The notes under the pieces are model-generated. The model was not told where the DNA came from. It saw nothing but the letters and a program-made list of their open reading frames with translations, and searched no databases. A stretch of DNA of 58,743 bases, counting the filler, from Sphacelaria rigidula (taxonomy: Eukaryota): assembly GCA_964200075.2 (NCBI GenBank). It is 6 parts of 6 records of this genome, joined end to end, with 100 filler letters (N's around TTAATTAATTAA, not from the genome) between each part and the next. Parts side by side here need not be neighbours in the genome. Positions count along the whole stretch, not along the records: positions 19,619 to 29,326 come from CAXNAA020007921.1; positions 29,427 to 39,133 come from CAXNAA020007922.1; 4 more parts are not named here. One strand, 5' to 3'. Position numbers and translations under genes: made by a program. Positions 24,744 through 38,680 of the stretch are shown piece by piece. The first letter of the stretch is position 1. Each line of letters starts with the position of its first letter.

Positions 24744-27639
24744 CCTTTGATTCATGAATCAGTCCACTGAAAAGCAGTGTGTTTGACACCATGAATGCCG
24801 ATGATGCACGCTTCGCTTGTCGTGTATGGATTTTATCACGTGGGTGCTTGCACTGGGCACATTACACCTTGAACTCTGTCTTGTTGCAGTACATGCTCGC
24901 CAAGACAACTGCCCAATCTCACTTTGTTAGTGTACATGGCTATGATGAACTATCCGCAACTTCCCGGATTTGCATGGTGAGACCGAGCCCCTTCCCGCTT
25001 GTGTTATACAGTTTTCGTGCAGTACACCAGTACTGTAGTAGCGCTGTGTGTTCACAGAAATAACTTCAGTCGCGTCAAGTCCCATCTCTGTTGCTCCCAG
25101 AAAAAAGACATGGATCACTATGCGTACGGTGGTCAACAGCGAAAATATATACCTTTAATTTACCACTGTCCTCTTGATATGTTTCGTGATTTGAGGGATA
25201 ATGGACGGAAAATGTAGTCCGCCCTGCACGGACTGCGTCGGACTTTTCCAAAAAAAATGACGGTGCATCCGGCGTTGGAGACTGACTGGCTGATCGTCTT
25301 CGACGTGCCAAAGCCTTGTTAAGGATATCATTTCCACTTGAATGTTGTGAGCTCAAAACTTCTCCACGCCGTTTTTCCTAAATCAGGAGACCATCTCCAA
25401 TCCATGTCACTGTACTGTTGGAAACGAGGTCGGCAGCACGTATTTCTCTCTTGCTTTCGTGGGTCACGCGGGGGTCACCCGTTGTTCTTTCTGTAGTCGT
25501 TCGGAAGTCCCGTGAAAGCCACAAGCCGTGAACCAGGTGAGTTGACGAAAAACAAGTCAGCTCGACTGCTTTTTAGTACTGCGATATTTCCCCCCCGAAG
25601 CATGTGGATCGAGTATGTATCGTCTGCTGTTGTAGCTGTATACAACACTATGGGAGAGATGAGTAACTCAGCACTCGCGTCGTCAGTCACTTTTCACGCC
25701 GATGTCACAAGTTAGGAGATGAGTTCTCGTCGGTGGTTTTGGTAAAGATGGGTATCATGGGTGTGCTCCGCTTTGATGTCGCAAGGTGTACGGTTGAGGT
25801 CAAATGTCGTTGAAGGCGATCGGAAACAACCAAAGCCGTGAACCATTCGAGGAGATGAACACAATACACCCACGACGAAGTTTTGTATTTATTATTTCTG
25901 CAATCTGTGGAGCTCGGAAGTGGTTTGTCTAACCACTAACCAGTTGAATGGTTACGCGTAGCGCACTCATTAACCAGTTAAGTGGTACATAATGGTTTGG
26001 TCATGGAGCGGCGCAGCCGCGAACCAAAAAGCCCCTCCCGGCAGAGGGGGCACCGGCCTCGCTGGAGGCGCCGTGCCGGAGGCACATTTTTACGCGATTT
26101 GGCTTCACTAGACTAGAAGATATGAAACATTTGGGCCAATTTTCAAGGACTGCATGTAGCATACGTGACCGGTAACGGTAAATAATGGTTTGAAACCATT
26201 ATCCAATTTTTTCATATAACCATTACCATTGTCACCATTATACTGATCATGGCCAGTTATAACTGGTACCATTTCCGAGCTCTAGCAATCTGTGTGTTGA
26301 GTCTATCTGCCCATGCTAATGTATCGCGCAACCGGGACGAACAAAGCACTTTGGAAAACATACCGTGCGATTCGTCGCTGCGATTCCTTTCCCTCCTGGG
26401 AGATTTTTTTTCATTTCCTTCTCTCCTTTCACATTTTTTTTTTTGCATTTTTGACTCTGCGCACGGGATCGTATGCTTTGGGGTTGACATCTTGTGCAAA
26501 AATCACTTTTGATGCAGTGTGAAGTTATCTGCAAGCCTCCCATGAGCTGCAGAAGTGTTCCAACGCACACCAAGAGCTGCTTCGGTGAGCTCATGTCCTT
26601 GTATACCCCACCTGTAGTGGGCGACGCGTCCTCTAGGATACGTTGAAACTCACCTGTCTCGCTGGTGTTTTCTCAACACCACATCAATTCGACCTCTCCG
26701 ACTCCGGGTCAGTTGGTACTCATGTCTTGCAAACAAGGGTAAATTCTTGACGTGAACCATCTTCATTTTCAAATTTCTGACCACCTCTGGTAGTCTTACT
26801 ACTTGGGCTTACGTTACTCCCCCCCCCCCCCCCCCCCCCAAAAAATTGGGCTCCGAAAAACAGTCTGGTGTGGGAACTATAATAGAAGAAGTACCACCCC
26901 TTGAATTGCGAAGTAGTCTGAGTCTGTGTTCGTAGATGAAGCACACGGCGAAGCATGCAAAGATGGTGGCATATCTCAGGTGCAGTGACATGTGAAGTTG
27001 CCGAGCCCATTGTCACAGGCAGAACGAATCGTTATAATAGTAGGTCGTTGATGAGCCAAGTACAGTATCCTTTTGTGTGCGTGGAGACGTGAGTCGGATG
27101 GATCCGTAGTAAGGAACCCTTGAGCAGTCAACAACTGCATATTCACCCTTGTACAGTATGACTCGCCCGCGTCCCCTCTTCCCTTCAATACCAGGGGAAC
27201 TTCCGTAAAACAGTCCGCTACATGCGATGAGAAAGGACTGGTGCCGAGCGCGATGCTTTTGTGGTGGAGGCGTCTGTGTACGCGCTGTATATGTTAAATG
27301 TATTTCGATCACGACTATTTTACTACCTTTTGAGTCTCTTGTACCTTGGTAGGTGCATGTACTGGTGACGAGCAGAAGAATGTTCTCTCAAAGCGGTTGT
27401 CGACATGTTATTCGCTCCGTTGGTACACCGAGGGAAACCCCACTCTCGAAATAAGATGTGGAGTAAACGTGAAAGCTTTCTTGAGCATATGGCTAACGTG
27501 TAGCAGCTGAAACCCAATATACCGGTGTCGCCGTGCCGAATCAAAAAGCATGATAACAGAAAGCAGCTTCCTCTTGTGTTGCACCCGTGCTGAACCAGCA
27601 TAAGAAATTTCCACACTAAGGACAGCTCATCTGCGGGCG

Positions 27640-28660
27640 GTAGCTCACTTGTAGTCAAACATGTGCATGTGAGCTACGTCCGATAGCTCAACACAACACA
27701 AACGTGCGCTGATGAGCTACGAGTTGGTAGCCCACCCAGGGCAAATATGAGTTGATGAGCTACGGGCTGGTAGCTCACCCAGGGCAAACATATGCAGCTC
27801 ATGTAGCTCTCACAGCTCACCCAGGGAAAACATATGCGGATGGGCTACGCTCGATAGCTCACCCAAGGCAAACATGTGTAGCTCACCCAGCTCTTGTAGC
27901 TCACCCCAGGGACACATGGTCGTGGCTCACTCACGTCATATGCCTAGCGCGCCGCTGGCCAACCCCGTGTCGCTTATGATACAACATTCTTGTCCGAACG
28001 GATGGTGCCACATATCATTAAGTTGTGATGTTTTACCTCACTCTTCGCGATAGGAAGAAAAGAAGCCAACACATCCCCGTCGGATGGTTGAAAAATATTA
28101 GTATTCAGTGTCTACAATAATCGACCGATTCATTCCTTTTGATTCGTTGGCCGCGAGGGTACAAGTCCATCTGGTTATGCATACATTTTTCAAGTGAAAT
28201 TGGGGCCGATTCAACCGATGACTTGTGCTCGCTGTCAAGGGGTTATCCCTTTGACCAAGAGGGTTGGCGATCTGATGAATCAGCATAATTCACTTGATCT
28301 TTCGGCTGTGAATGATGCCGATCCAGAGACATCTTACCCTCGCGGTCAAAGGGACAGACAATCGTAGCTCTCATAGCTCACCCAGGGCTAATATGAGCTG
28401 ATGAGCTACGGGTTAGTAGCTCGCGTACGGTAAACATGCGTAGTTCATGCAGCTCTCCTAGCTCACCCAGGACGAATCTGAGCTGATGAGCTATGCGTTG
28501 GTAGCTCACCTATCGCAAACGTGCGTAGCTCATCCAGGACGAATATGAGCTGATGAGCTACGGGTTGGTGGCTCACGTACGGTAAACATGCGTAGCTCAT
28601 ACAGCTCTCATAGCTCACTAGGGAGCTACGCTCAAAAAGAGCCAGCTCGAGTTATAGGGA
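27640..28660. repeat. Two blocks (27640-27930, 28360-28660) of degenerate tandem TAGCTCACCCAGG / TGAGCTACG repeats around a ~430 bp spacer
   Basis: Repeated GTAGCTCACCCAGGGCAAATATGAGCTGATGAGCTACGGG-type units are directly visible. Confidence 0.8.
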
Positions 28661-29426
28661 GCTGATCTGTCCGACGTGAGAAAATTTCCTTCACAATCCG
28701 GGGAAACTCACCACATAGAATAGCCTCTCCCTCATTTCTCCTCCCATCAAAATGTCCAAAGGTATTCGGCTATCGATGATGAGGTGACTGACAGTCACAT
28801 GTTTTCTCATGGGGTGTAACTGTAGACATGTTACTGTAGACATGTTACAGCCCCCTCATGGATAAAACGACGTTTATCGGCTGTAATGTCCAACGAGCGT
28901 ATGCTTTTGAAATGAGAGAAGAGTTCACTTTATGCGGGCTGGGCTTTTCTCATGGCGAAAAGGTCTGTGTTACTACGCCCAAGCCGATTTCAGGCCACTT
29001 TTTGGCTGCCCCTGTCGTAGCTTGTGCTGTATTGTGAAACAGGAAGAAGGGCATCAACCAGGCACCCTACACGGACGCGCACGGCTGACTGGCGAACCAA
29101 AAGCAATCTAGAGCCTTGTGTCCAAAGCAGCGAGTCATTATCTCACGCGTTGGTTCGTCGAGCGTTCACGCCGCCAAAAACACGAGCAACATAGCTGTGT
29201 GCGTGAAATCCAATGGTGGAAAATTATCAGTCAAGTAGTTCTTGTGGGGCGCAGCAGACGTCGCACCCGTACCGGACAACAAAGCAACTCATTGGAGGCT
29301 GTCATCCAAATGCAAGATAATCAGTANNNNNNNNNNNNNNNNNNNNNNNNNNNNNNNNNNNNNNNNNNNNTTAATTAATTAANNNNNNNNNNNNNNNNNN
29401 NNNNNNNNNNNNNNNNNNNNNNNNNN

Positions 29427-29489
29427 ATTTGTTGCTTGCCTTAGTCATTTGACCATTGACCACGCATCCCTTTCGAGACGGAGCACCGC
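29427..29489 (-). mobile_element. LINE A 3' tail fragment; another lies at 39091-39133
   Basis: TTGCTTGCCTTAGTCATTTGACCATTGACCAC, adjacent to G tracts. Confidence 0.85.
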
Positions 29490-31574
29490 CGAAAGGAGGG
29501 GAAGGGGGCGGGGGGGGGGGGGCAATGGCCTTGATGACAGGATGAATCCTTGTAGAAGTGTAGGCCAACAACAGCGGCATGCTCAATTCTGTTATTCCGA
29601 GTAGTTCCGTGCACGTGGTTGGCCGGGGCAACCCACTCACTCAGGTGGTGCACTATTCGTAGGGGGTATCGATATCTCGCCTGCTCATCGAGTAGACCCT
29701 TGAAACAAAAACTTGAGCCGAAGGTTTATTGAAAGTAAAATTTGGAGCGATCAAAGGGATGGAGGGGAAAGAAGGAACTACATCGAATGATTCATCGGAA
29801 GAATAATATCTTTCGGCGACTGAAGGCTGTAAAATGTCAACTTTCTCCCCCAAATATGGAGACCGCTGCAACCAAATACGGCAAAAAGTGATCGCGCTGA
29901 GGAGTTGAAATATTTCGAAACAAGAAGAAAACGTAAAACTGAGGTTTTTGATTCTGCCAGCAGAGAGTCAATTTTGTAGTTGTGAATAAGCGAAATCTGC
30001 CCGCTTCCTCGCCCAATGCTGTATTAAGACGCAAACATCACCATGTAGTGCAAATGGACGATGGGGATAGGTGAGATGCTCCGAATCAATCTGCGGAACC
30101 ATGTCGCTTTGGCGCTTAGTCATGGCCATGCTCGTTCGCTGTTCCTGACCGTTGTTGTGCAGCTTTGTCCTTCCATCGTCATCTTCCGAACTTGGTTTCA
30201 GCAGCATATCCATCCACCAATACCCTCATTCCTCGAACATAGTCATGTTCAATATTGTTTCCCTGCGCATGTGGTATTATCAACAATTGTTTCACCTTTT
30301 TGTACTGTCGTCTTCCAACAAACTGGTATTTGCCGCGTTCTCATTTCCTCCCACACGACTCGTTTCTTCTCACAGTACCTGCTAAAGTACTTCGTGAGCA
30401 CAAACGAAGCGGAGATGGTGGAGCTGAAGACTCGTCGACTCTTTCTCAAGCGCAGTCCCTGTCCGCCACACTTCTCGCCGCAGGAATTCGCCCTTGGCAG
30501 CAAAGTGAGAGCGTGAGAATTCCAAGGTGGTGAAGTAACAAGGGACATGAACCCTTCGACCACGAATAATGCGAAACAACTACCGTAGGAGCAACCGCAT
30601 ACGAAAGCCATTTGACAAAGGGATACATTGGCATGAATGGGACTCTAATGGGCCGTTTTGCGTCGAAATGGTTGAATTCTGACGAAACAGAGACCGTGCG
30701 CAAGTGACTATATCGAGATAAATAGCGACGCAATAGCTGTCATCCACTCAGTAAGCACTCGAGTTTATGTCAGAATTTCACCAGCAGTCGTGCAAACATG
30801 TTGGAATGCCGAGAGAATCGTCGAAAAAAATACACCATCCAGTTCGTGTTCGAATTTACTTGCGGTTTACCTCGCAACTCCGGTTCTGTAGTATCAGATG
30901 ATGTTTGAATTGCGTTATGTTTGTTCATTACAAGCTGCCATGCGATCGCCGCAGAAACATGACGAACGCGAACCACATGAGTACCCGATTTTCCCGGGTT
31001 AATTTTCGCATCTACAAGGCCAATTGATATGAATTTGTTGGCTGCAAAAACGAAACTGCCTCATCTGCAACACCTGTTGGAGTTTATGTATTGTCATACC
31101 TTCCACGGCCGTCTGTTTGCGTGGGATCACATCATGACATGGATTGACCAATCTACGTGCGTGAAAAATGGCATGAAAAAAAAGTGCAGAAACTGTTTTG
31201 AAATGACCACGGTTCGTGCCGTCCTCCTCATCGGAATCGACCGAGAGCGAGGACGGCACGCTGCTGCTTTCGAATACCATAGCGACTGCTTGGCTTCGGA
31301 GTTACTATGGAGTGAAGGCGTCTTGTTGATCACGTTTCCCCCCCCCACGTCACACGCAATGTCCAAGCTCCTGATTTCGGAATCGCAACGAACGCAGGTG
31401 ATCCTGTACGGGAGAGATTTGGTGATCGCTGCCTATGGTGATAAGTCTACGGAGATTGCGCTCACGCCCGAAACGGTATGTCAGCAATACGATTTGTGTG
31501 ATGTGTAGAGCGATACCAGACCGGCATGGTATGGTGACATGATCCATCCCATGGCAGATGGGACGGGGGAGGTT

Positions 31575-32800
31575 GCACCCATGATCTTACATGCCGTAGT
31601 CATATGACTGGTGACTGTTGACTTCGCATCCCTACAAAACCGGACGGAGCACGCCGGATTTTCGCCGGACGAGGCTCGCAATCACTCACCAAGCGCGAAG
31701 CATCATGGCATGTGCGGCGAGTCGCGTCAAGACTGAACTGCATTCTGCAATTATTGTTCGTCCTGAAGCGTACTGATTATCTTGCATTTGGATTGCAGTC
31801 TCGATTATGTTGGTACGCTTCCTGGTGGCGTTACTTCCAGAGACAGCCACGGGTTACACTGCCTCATGGGGGTCACACGATCCAAACGCAACGCAGTACG
31901 ATCATTCCCTTCGAGCGGAGTTGAGGCTCTCTCACCCCGCATAGTATGGTCTGGCTCGACTACCACCGGGGTTGCCGCAAAAAAGCGCAAGGGAGGAAAC
32001 AAAACGGCAACCTAGTTTCCTAGCGGATGCAGTGAGTTGCGTGTTTCACGGCGTCGTTTCCAATCGACGCCAACCGTTCAAGGGTGGAGGCACGCGGGGG
32101 GAGTGCGGGGGCGGGGGCGGGATGTACTCATGATCTTGCATGCTATAGTCGTATGATCATTGACCTTAAATCCCTACAAAGCCGGGACGGAGCACGCCGG
32201 GTTTTCGCCGGACTAGGCTCGCAATCGATCACCAAGCGCGAAGCGTCGCCGTGTGTTCGGCGAGTCGCGTGAAGGGTGAGCTGCATCCTGCAAAGATTGT
32301 TTGGCCCGAAGCGTGCCGAATATCTTGCATTTGGATGACAGCCTCCAATGAGTTGCTTCATTTTCTGGTATCGCCGCTTCTAGAGGCAGCCACGGCTTAC
32401 ACGCTGCCTCATGGGTGTCTCACCATTTATACACTACGTAGAACGACCATTCACGTTGCGTGGAATCGGGATTATACCACCCTGCACAAAATGATCTAGC
32501 TCGACCACCATCATGTTGACCACAATAACGCGATCACGCAAAAAAATCGGCGACCTGGTCCCCTAGCTGACGCAGTGAATGGCGTGTTCCACAGCGTCGT
32601 CGCCAACCAACGCCAACCCCATAGGTGGGACAGAGTGAAGGTGTTGCGCGACCAAACATGTTGTTCTGAGGTATCGCTTCAGGCTGGAACGAGTTGGTGG
32701 CATACTGCTGCTGTCAATCCATGAGGTAAAATTGATCAAACAGTTGCCGAGGGCTAGCCCATTCCAGGGGGTTGTTGTTTGCATTCATCCGCCAGTTGTG
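31575..32800 (-). mobile_element. Two tandem 3' fragments of non-LTR family B (31575-~32075 and 32124-~32800)
   Basis: Diverged direct duplicates, each starting at a G tract with (GTACT)CATGATCTT(G/A)CATGC. The minus strand encodes DAVEHAIHC / DAVKHATHC, resembling a C-terminal zinc-knuckle end. Related sequence also ends contig 3 (~29280-29326). Confidence 0.65.
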
Positions 32801-33234
32801 CGAAGGAGCCGCTTCGAGGCTATCGCCACTCGTTGACCTAGCATAGGATGGCCGTAATGCGGTAGGTGTTTTGTGGTGCTATGTTGCACACCAGAGTAGA
32901 GAAACTTAAACATTTGGGGAACTGCAGGGCATAGACACGGTTTGTTCTACTTCATGGACTTGTGTTGTAAAAATACCGCAGTCACTACCTGATACTCCGA
33001 CAACCTCATCGTCTGTCCAAGTAGTTGTACAGTGTGTCCGGACTATCCATCCATTGCTGCTTCATGCCTTCAGCTGTATTCGGGGTTATACTATACGGTG
33101 AAAATTGAGGGTCTTGTTATGCGGGATGATGATGGATCAGGGATAGACGCGTCACACGTCGAAGTTGAGCGGGTAATCCCTTTGTCTTGTTTTTTCCTCT
33201 CTCTTTTGGTCGTCTTGTTTTATCCCTCCCCCGC

Positions 33235-35051
33235 AACGTAGGGAAAACATCCCGTAAGATTCTGAATGATGGAGTGGGAACAATGATTGAGAAGGAAGAA
33301 ACCAAGCAGGGTTTAGACCAAACCGGAGTTGCATAGACCATGTGTGCAAACGAGTTCAGAGTATTCAAGGCAGGGAAGACCCCGGGTTGACAACGCATTG
33401 TTTTTTTCTGAATGCACAAAAGGTCTATGGCACAGTATGGAGAAATGGGCAGTGGAAAAAGTTGTGAAAAACTGGGATCAGAGGAAAGATGTGGAGAATG
33501 GTGAGGAAGATGACGGAAGGTGCCAAAAGTGTTATGATGCTAGCCGGGGAAATATCGAATTATTTTGATATCTCACAAGACGTTGCGCAAGGATGCGCGT
33601 CATCACCCACTTTTTCAGAGTAGTTATTAATGGTCTGATAATAGCAATAGGAGCAACAAAGCAAGGAGCTAAGGTGGGCGACGAGGCGGTATCACGATTG
33701 ATGTTCGCGTATGATTTCGTGAGGGATATCATAAACACCAGAAGGATTGCAAAAAAACGAATAGAGCTGGCGCAAAAATGCACTAGGAAATGGAGAATGA
33801 CAGCGAACGTGAACAACTGAGTAGTAGTTGCATGTTACGAAGACAAGAAGAACCCAGTAGAGTTCAAATGTAAGTGGGGAGATGAGGAATTGCCGATCGT
33901 AGACCAGTATACATGCCTGGTCGTGGAGATCTCAAGAAACTGCTCTTGGGATGCGCAGATGAATGAAGTATCTGAACAGGGTAAGGTACAGATAGGCAGG
34001 ATGGGCGTGATCCTCAGAGACGCGCACCTAGACACTAGGATCAAGATATGTATGTTGACTAATATGATCATACCAAGGCTGGAATATGCAGGAGAAGTAC
34101 GGGAAGGGAACGCGAAGTTGGCCAGAGAGTTGGAAATAGTACAAATGACAGCAGCTAAGAGAATGCTTCGATGTTCAATCATGACGAGTAATACGGCGTT
34201 GAGAGCAGGATTGGGAATGTGCCCACTTCACACAAACAGAGACATGAGAACGTTGAAGTGCCAAAATAGCGTAAAGAGCATGGCAAGAAATAGGTTGTCA
34301 GCCATAGTTTATAGAGCTGTATGGAAGAAGATGACGAACCCGATAGGCTGGAATAAGGTGGGATAGAGTTATCGACAACGTATGGAAGGAGAAAGCAGGA
34401 AACGAGACGAGATATTGTTCATAGGTGAACGTGGCGGGTACTAGACAAAAGTAAGAGACATGAGAGAAGAAGGGAAAAGAAGCGCTACGACAGGGAGTTG
34501 GCGAGGAAGAGCACCTGAAGGTATGCGGGGGGGTGAGAGAGGGGATAAGAATGGAAGCATACCTGCATGGCCCACTGGACTCCGCGAAGAAATGGAAACT
34601 GCGATTCCGGGTGGAGGACCTGGACCTGCCAGAAAGAAGGGAGATATATACTAGTAGTCGAGAGGAGGAGGAAGTAGATGCACAAAATTGCCCCTGAGGC
34701 AAAGCAATAGAGAGTAGAACTAGTAAAATGGACGAATGTGAACTGTACGCTAGGAGGGACGGGATGTGCTAAAGGGGGAAATTGGGGAAGTGAACGAAGG
34801 TGACATGATGTCGTTTGATGCATTGGGCAGTAGGGAGAAAATGATGGCTATACTAGGAGATAGATGGTGGCCAGAGACGGCGAAACAGGAAGGGGATAAG
34901 ATTTGTAAAATCCTTCCGTGTTATGTATGGAAGAAACGTGATGAGCGTCGAAGTGTTGGAGGTGTCTCTATTAGGAGTAGGAACGGTGCTCCGTGTCGAA
35001 AGGGATGCGTGGTCGATGGTCAAGCGACTAAGGCAAGCAACACATGAGTAC
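33235..35051 (+). mobile_element. LINE A, 5'-truncated degenerate copy (RT to 3' end)
   Basis: Homologous to 2060-3210. Continues through the C-terminal region to the ...GGCAAGCAACACATGAGTAC tail; C tracts on both sides. Confidence 0.93.
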
Positions 35052-35499
35052 GCCCCCCCACCACCTCTGCCCTGTGTCCTCGGGACGAGTTCGTAGTGTC
35101 GAGGAACCAACCCAATCTCTTCCCCGGTGTCTGCGTTGCGGTGTTTTGGAGAGTTTCGGAAAGGCAAATGAAGGTTTGTCACTGTTAGCGTAAAACACTT
35201 TGAGGTCAACAAAACGAAACGAGAGTAACCGCCCCGCAGATCATTGCCAGAATAGCGCGGCGTGACCTGAGTTTCTCCAGTGTGCTGATTGGCTTTGACC
35301 AACCGCAGTTTTTACCGTGTGCTTTTTTCTCGTCAAGGGGAAAAAGAAAAACGTGTCTCAGGACACCCGAAGCAGGTCTGTACAGCCTCGGTACTGTACG
35401 ACCTGAACATATCACGATGCGCACCACACAAGTCTCTGCGCATTCAACTCAGCATTGCAAACGCCCCCAACAACCTCAGTGGCGATTCAATGGTCTAAG

Positions 35500-36900
35500 A
35501 CGTCGTAGCCGACGCTCATGTTTCGTAGCATATACATTGACGGTGTCGGCAGCCATTTTGTGTCCCGATCTTTAACGGCTACAGGCTGTACACAGCTGGT
35601 AAGACTTCGGCCTGCCCTGCATCATGATGCGTATATTTCCGTTGCTGCACTAGGAATATGGTATATCTCGGACAGGACTTCCTCTGCCTGCACTCAATGT
35701 CATGGGCTACGAAGAAAACGCCAGGCAGATCATGTGTTGAAACAACGCCTCTGGTCGTCGTAAGACCATACCATGCGTGTGCCCCACTTCGTGGTGAGCT
35801 CGGCCGAGTGAAGCAGCATTGGAAATAGCAGTACACCACGTCTCCCAAATATCGACAGTACATCAATAGCGTCCTGCAGCTCCAAGCTTGCAGCGCGCCT
35901 ACCTTCAAACATGTGGGCTAAGCCAGTGGTAGCAGCGCCAATGCCGAGGAAAACTTCTATCACTAGGCAAACCGAAGATATCTCTATGCTCGTGATAACT
36001 ATATTTCTCAAATAATGCTGCATCTACTCGGGTTGCAGCACGCCATTTAATGTCGAATTTACCTTTCCCATGCCTTGGGCGGACAGGAGATGAAGCTTGA
36101 TTCTCGTCTGTCGGCGTTAGGAGGAAACGGTCATCACGTTCTCAGAACTGGGGCTGTGAAAGCAAACGGATAACGGAACGGGCCTTCTCTTTTCTCGGCC
36201 TTAGGCGGACGAATGTCACGCTGGCGAAACACAAAATGTTTTTCGAAAGTCTAGAGTATCGAACACTGGGAAGATACCTATCATCATTCCTGCACCCCGT
36301 CGACTTTTCGTCGAATTACGTTTTACATCCAGTGAAAGCAAGTGGTATGAAATAACGTTCGGATTTGCAGTACCTTAATAGCGTGAGGGTTTGGGGGTGA
36401 AACTGGGTACAATGCCTCATGGTCATCGGATAGAGTACGGCGTGAGAATAGTAAAGTGCATACTGCACGAGTGATGTTTTTGTGGTATCAGGATTGCCAG
36501 CTTCCCCACTCGGCTCGCCCCTATCCGTGTCTTCTCTTGCTGACTCCAAGTGGTTTTCACTTTGTAATTTTCTCTGCCTGTAGTAACAGACTTCGCAATC
36601 AAGGCGGAAGGTCTGCTGTCCCTCGATATCAGATGTCAGGGTATTTCTTGTAAGGACACTCGATGGTGACTTTGCATGCCCGCACTGATACAATACCTTC
36701 CCCCATTCTTGTGACGATCCTTGGTCCAACTTTGCGAATTATTTTCCCCGCTATCGCGTGTGGCCATCTTCCACAGGAAACGGCGGCGTTTCTTATCGGG
36801 CCGGAAGCGTTCTCTTCCGACGCAGGGAAAGTTCTGGATGCCATTATCTCTGAAACGCGAGGAGTGCTCGACAGACTCAAGACGGTCAGTCTGAGACGAG
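35500..36900 (-). pseudogene. Possible highly decayed Mutator (MULE)-type transposase
   Basis: Fragments LYQCGHAK...QTFRLDCEV, FGRRGVLL...TTKWG and LPGVFFV lie in different frames, in the order expected for MULE transposases. Recognition is by eye only. Confidence 0.3.
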
Positions 36901-36929
36901 CAAAAGTTTTTCCATAAGACGCTCTCTAC

Positions 36930-37143
36930 GATAGCCCTCCCAAAAAAACAAATGACTAGTTTGGGGAGGCAAAATCTACACGTAAATCGAAATACAAGAA
37001 GCCGACAACAACAGGCAGCTGGGAATTCCCACGTTGGGTTCGTTTTAACCAATGTCGCCCACAGGAGGCGCTTCGTGCAGCTTGAAACCAAACATCAGGC
37101 GCTGTATGACAGTATTCTTCGTGGCAGTTGGGCTGGTTTCGGG
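36930..37143 (+). repeat. Dispersed repeat, second copy at ~51578-51790
   Basis: Shared GGCAGCTGGGAATTCCCACG..GGGTTCGTTTT..CCAAT...AAACCAA.CA.CAGGCGCTGTATG. Confidence 0.8.
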
Positions 37144-38303
37144 ATGTACTCATGATGATGCTGGTTTGGGTTATATCGTAGAAGTGTCCTTATTTTCCCG
37201 CAATCACTTGTTTTCGGTCGATTGGTTATTTCTTTGTCAGATACAGTACGAATCTAGCCATGGTCAGTCACAAGATTTTCGGGAGGATCCATCATAAACA
37301 AAACAATATCAAAAGCACTTGCCAAAGGGACCTCGAAGAATGGGTGGAATAGAAAAAAAACCCTGCATATGTAAGGCAAGAAAACTCTACCGATAGTATC
37401 CTCTCCCCTCCCTACCTAAAGTTCCTTGATGACTGAACTTCGCAGTTGTCCTCCAGACGGCATTTTTCGCCACAACGGACCCCTAGCAAGTAAGCATATA
37501 TGTCTTGCTTTCGCGTCGATGAGTCCTCAGCATTTCAATCTTAGTATTGTGTCGTACTCCACATTTTCACACTTGGGAAATGTCGCCCCTTGCGTACACC
37601 GGGGAGCGTCCGTAGATCACAGAGGCAAACCCATTCCTCCTCCATGACATGACTGCCTGATATGTGTTGCGGAGTATCAAATCTGCACTCCCACAGGATA
37701 TCGACAGGATTCTGTCGAAACAATATTTGCTTCTCACATCCACACGTCCGCGTTTTTTGTTCGCGGTAATGTGCCCCTGTTCCCCCGCCATTTTTGTGGC
37801 CCGCTCAACTGTTCGTGCTTCCGTGGAATACGTTTTTAACGGTCATTCAACCTAATTTAGAAAATGGACAATTACATCGTAGCAACACTCGAAAGTGAAA
37901 TGCTCCTGCTGCGTTGATGAGACTAGTCTCGCTCCCGAAAAAACCGCTGGCGTGTTACCACTACATCCAGGCTATTGAGAGTAGTCCCCCCCTCCACAAG
38001 TCTTCTGTATCCCCCCCGCGCAGTCGGCAGCAGGCTCAATCCCTCACAAGTGGTTAACATGCTGCTTTCCCCACAACACGTTGAACTTCACAGGTTCGGT
38101 TGGATGATGCCCAGGCAAAGGAAGTTACCCGTCATTTGGGCCAAGTCGCAGACGAGTCTGCGCATAGATTGAGCGACGGGGGAATCGCGCTGTTCGGGGT
38201 TATACGGGGAGGAAATGCCGGTGACTTGGCGGCAAAGGTGCAGAGATACGTTTCACAGCATGGTCATTCTCAGGCCGCATCTTATGTGTAAAAAATGAAC
38301 TTC

Positions 38304-38680
38304 TTGGAAAGTGCCTCTTCGGCCCTTCTTCGTCGTGTTACGTCCGGAAAGAGGGCTAGGAGGATGTTGAAACCGTGGAATGACTTGCTCCACCCGTTTA
38401 GACCATTGCCGAGCACGTTTGCGTTTTCCGTAGGCCACTGTTTTCTGTTTTTGGCCAAACTTGTATTTTCAACAACAAACGGTCAACTTTTTTGATAACT
38501 TGACCGTCTGTTATTGAAAAAGCAAGTTCGGCCAAAAACAAACGTTTGGCCTACGGGAAACGCGAACGTGCTCTGCAACGGTCTCAACGAGTAGAGCAAG
38601 TCGTTCCGAGGTTTCAACAGTCGCCCAGCCCTCTTTTCGGGCGTAAAACGACGGAGAAGGGCCAAAAAGGCACTTTTCAA
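38304..38680. mobile_element. Near-fully palindromic MITE/hairpin, followed by (TA)n at 38682-38702
   Basis: TTGGAAAGTGCCTCTTCGGCCCTTCT... is inverted to ...AGAAGGGCCAAAAAGGCACTTTTCAA; arms ~185 bp with almost no spacer. Confidence 0.8.
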
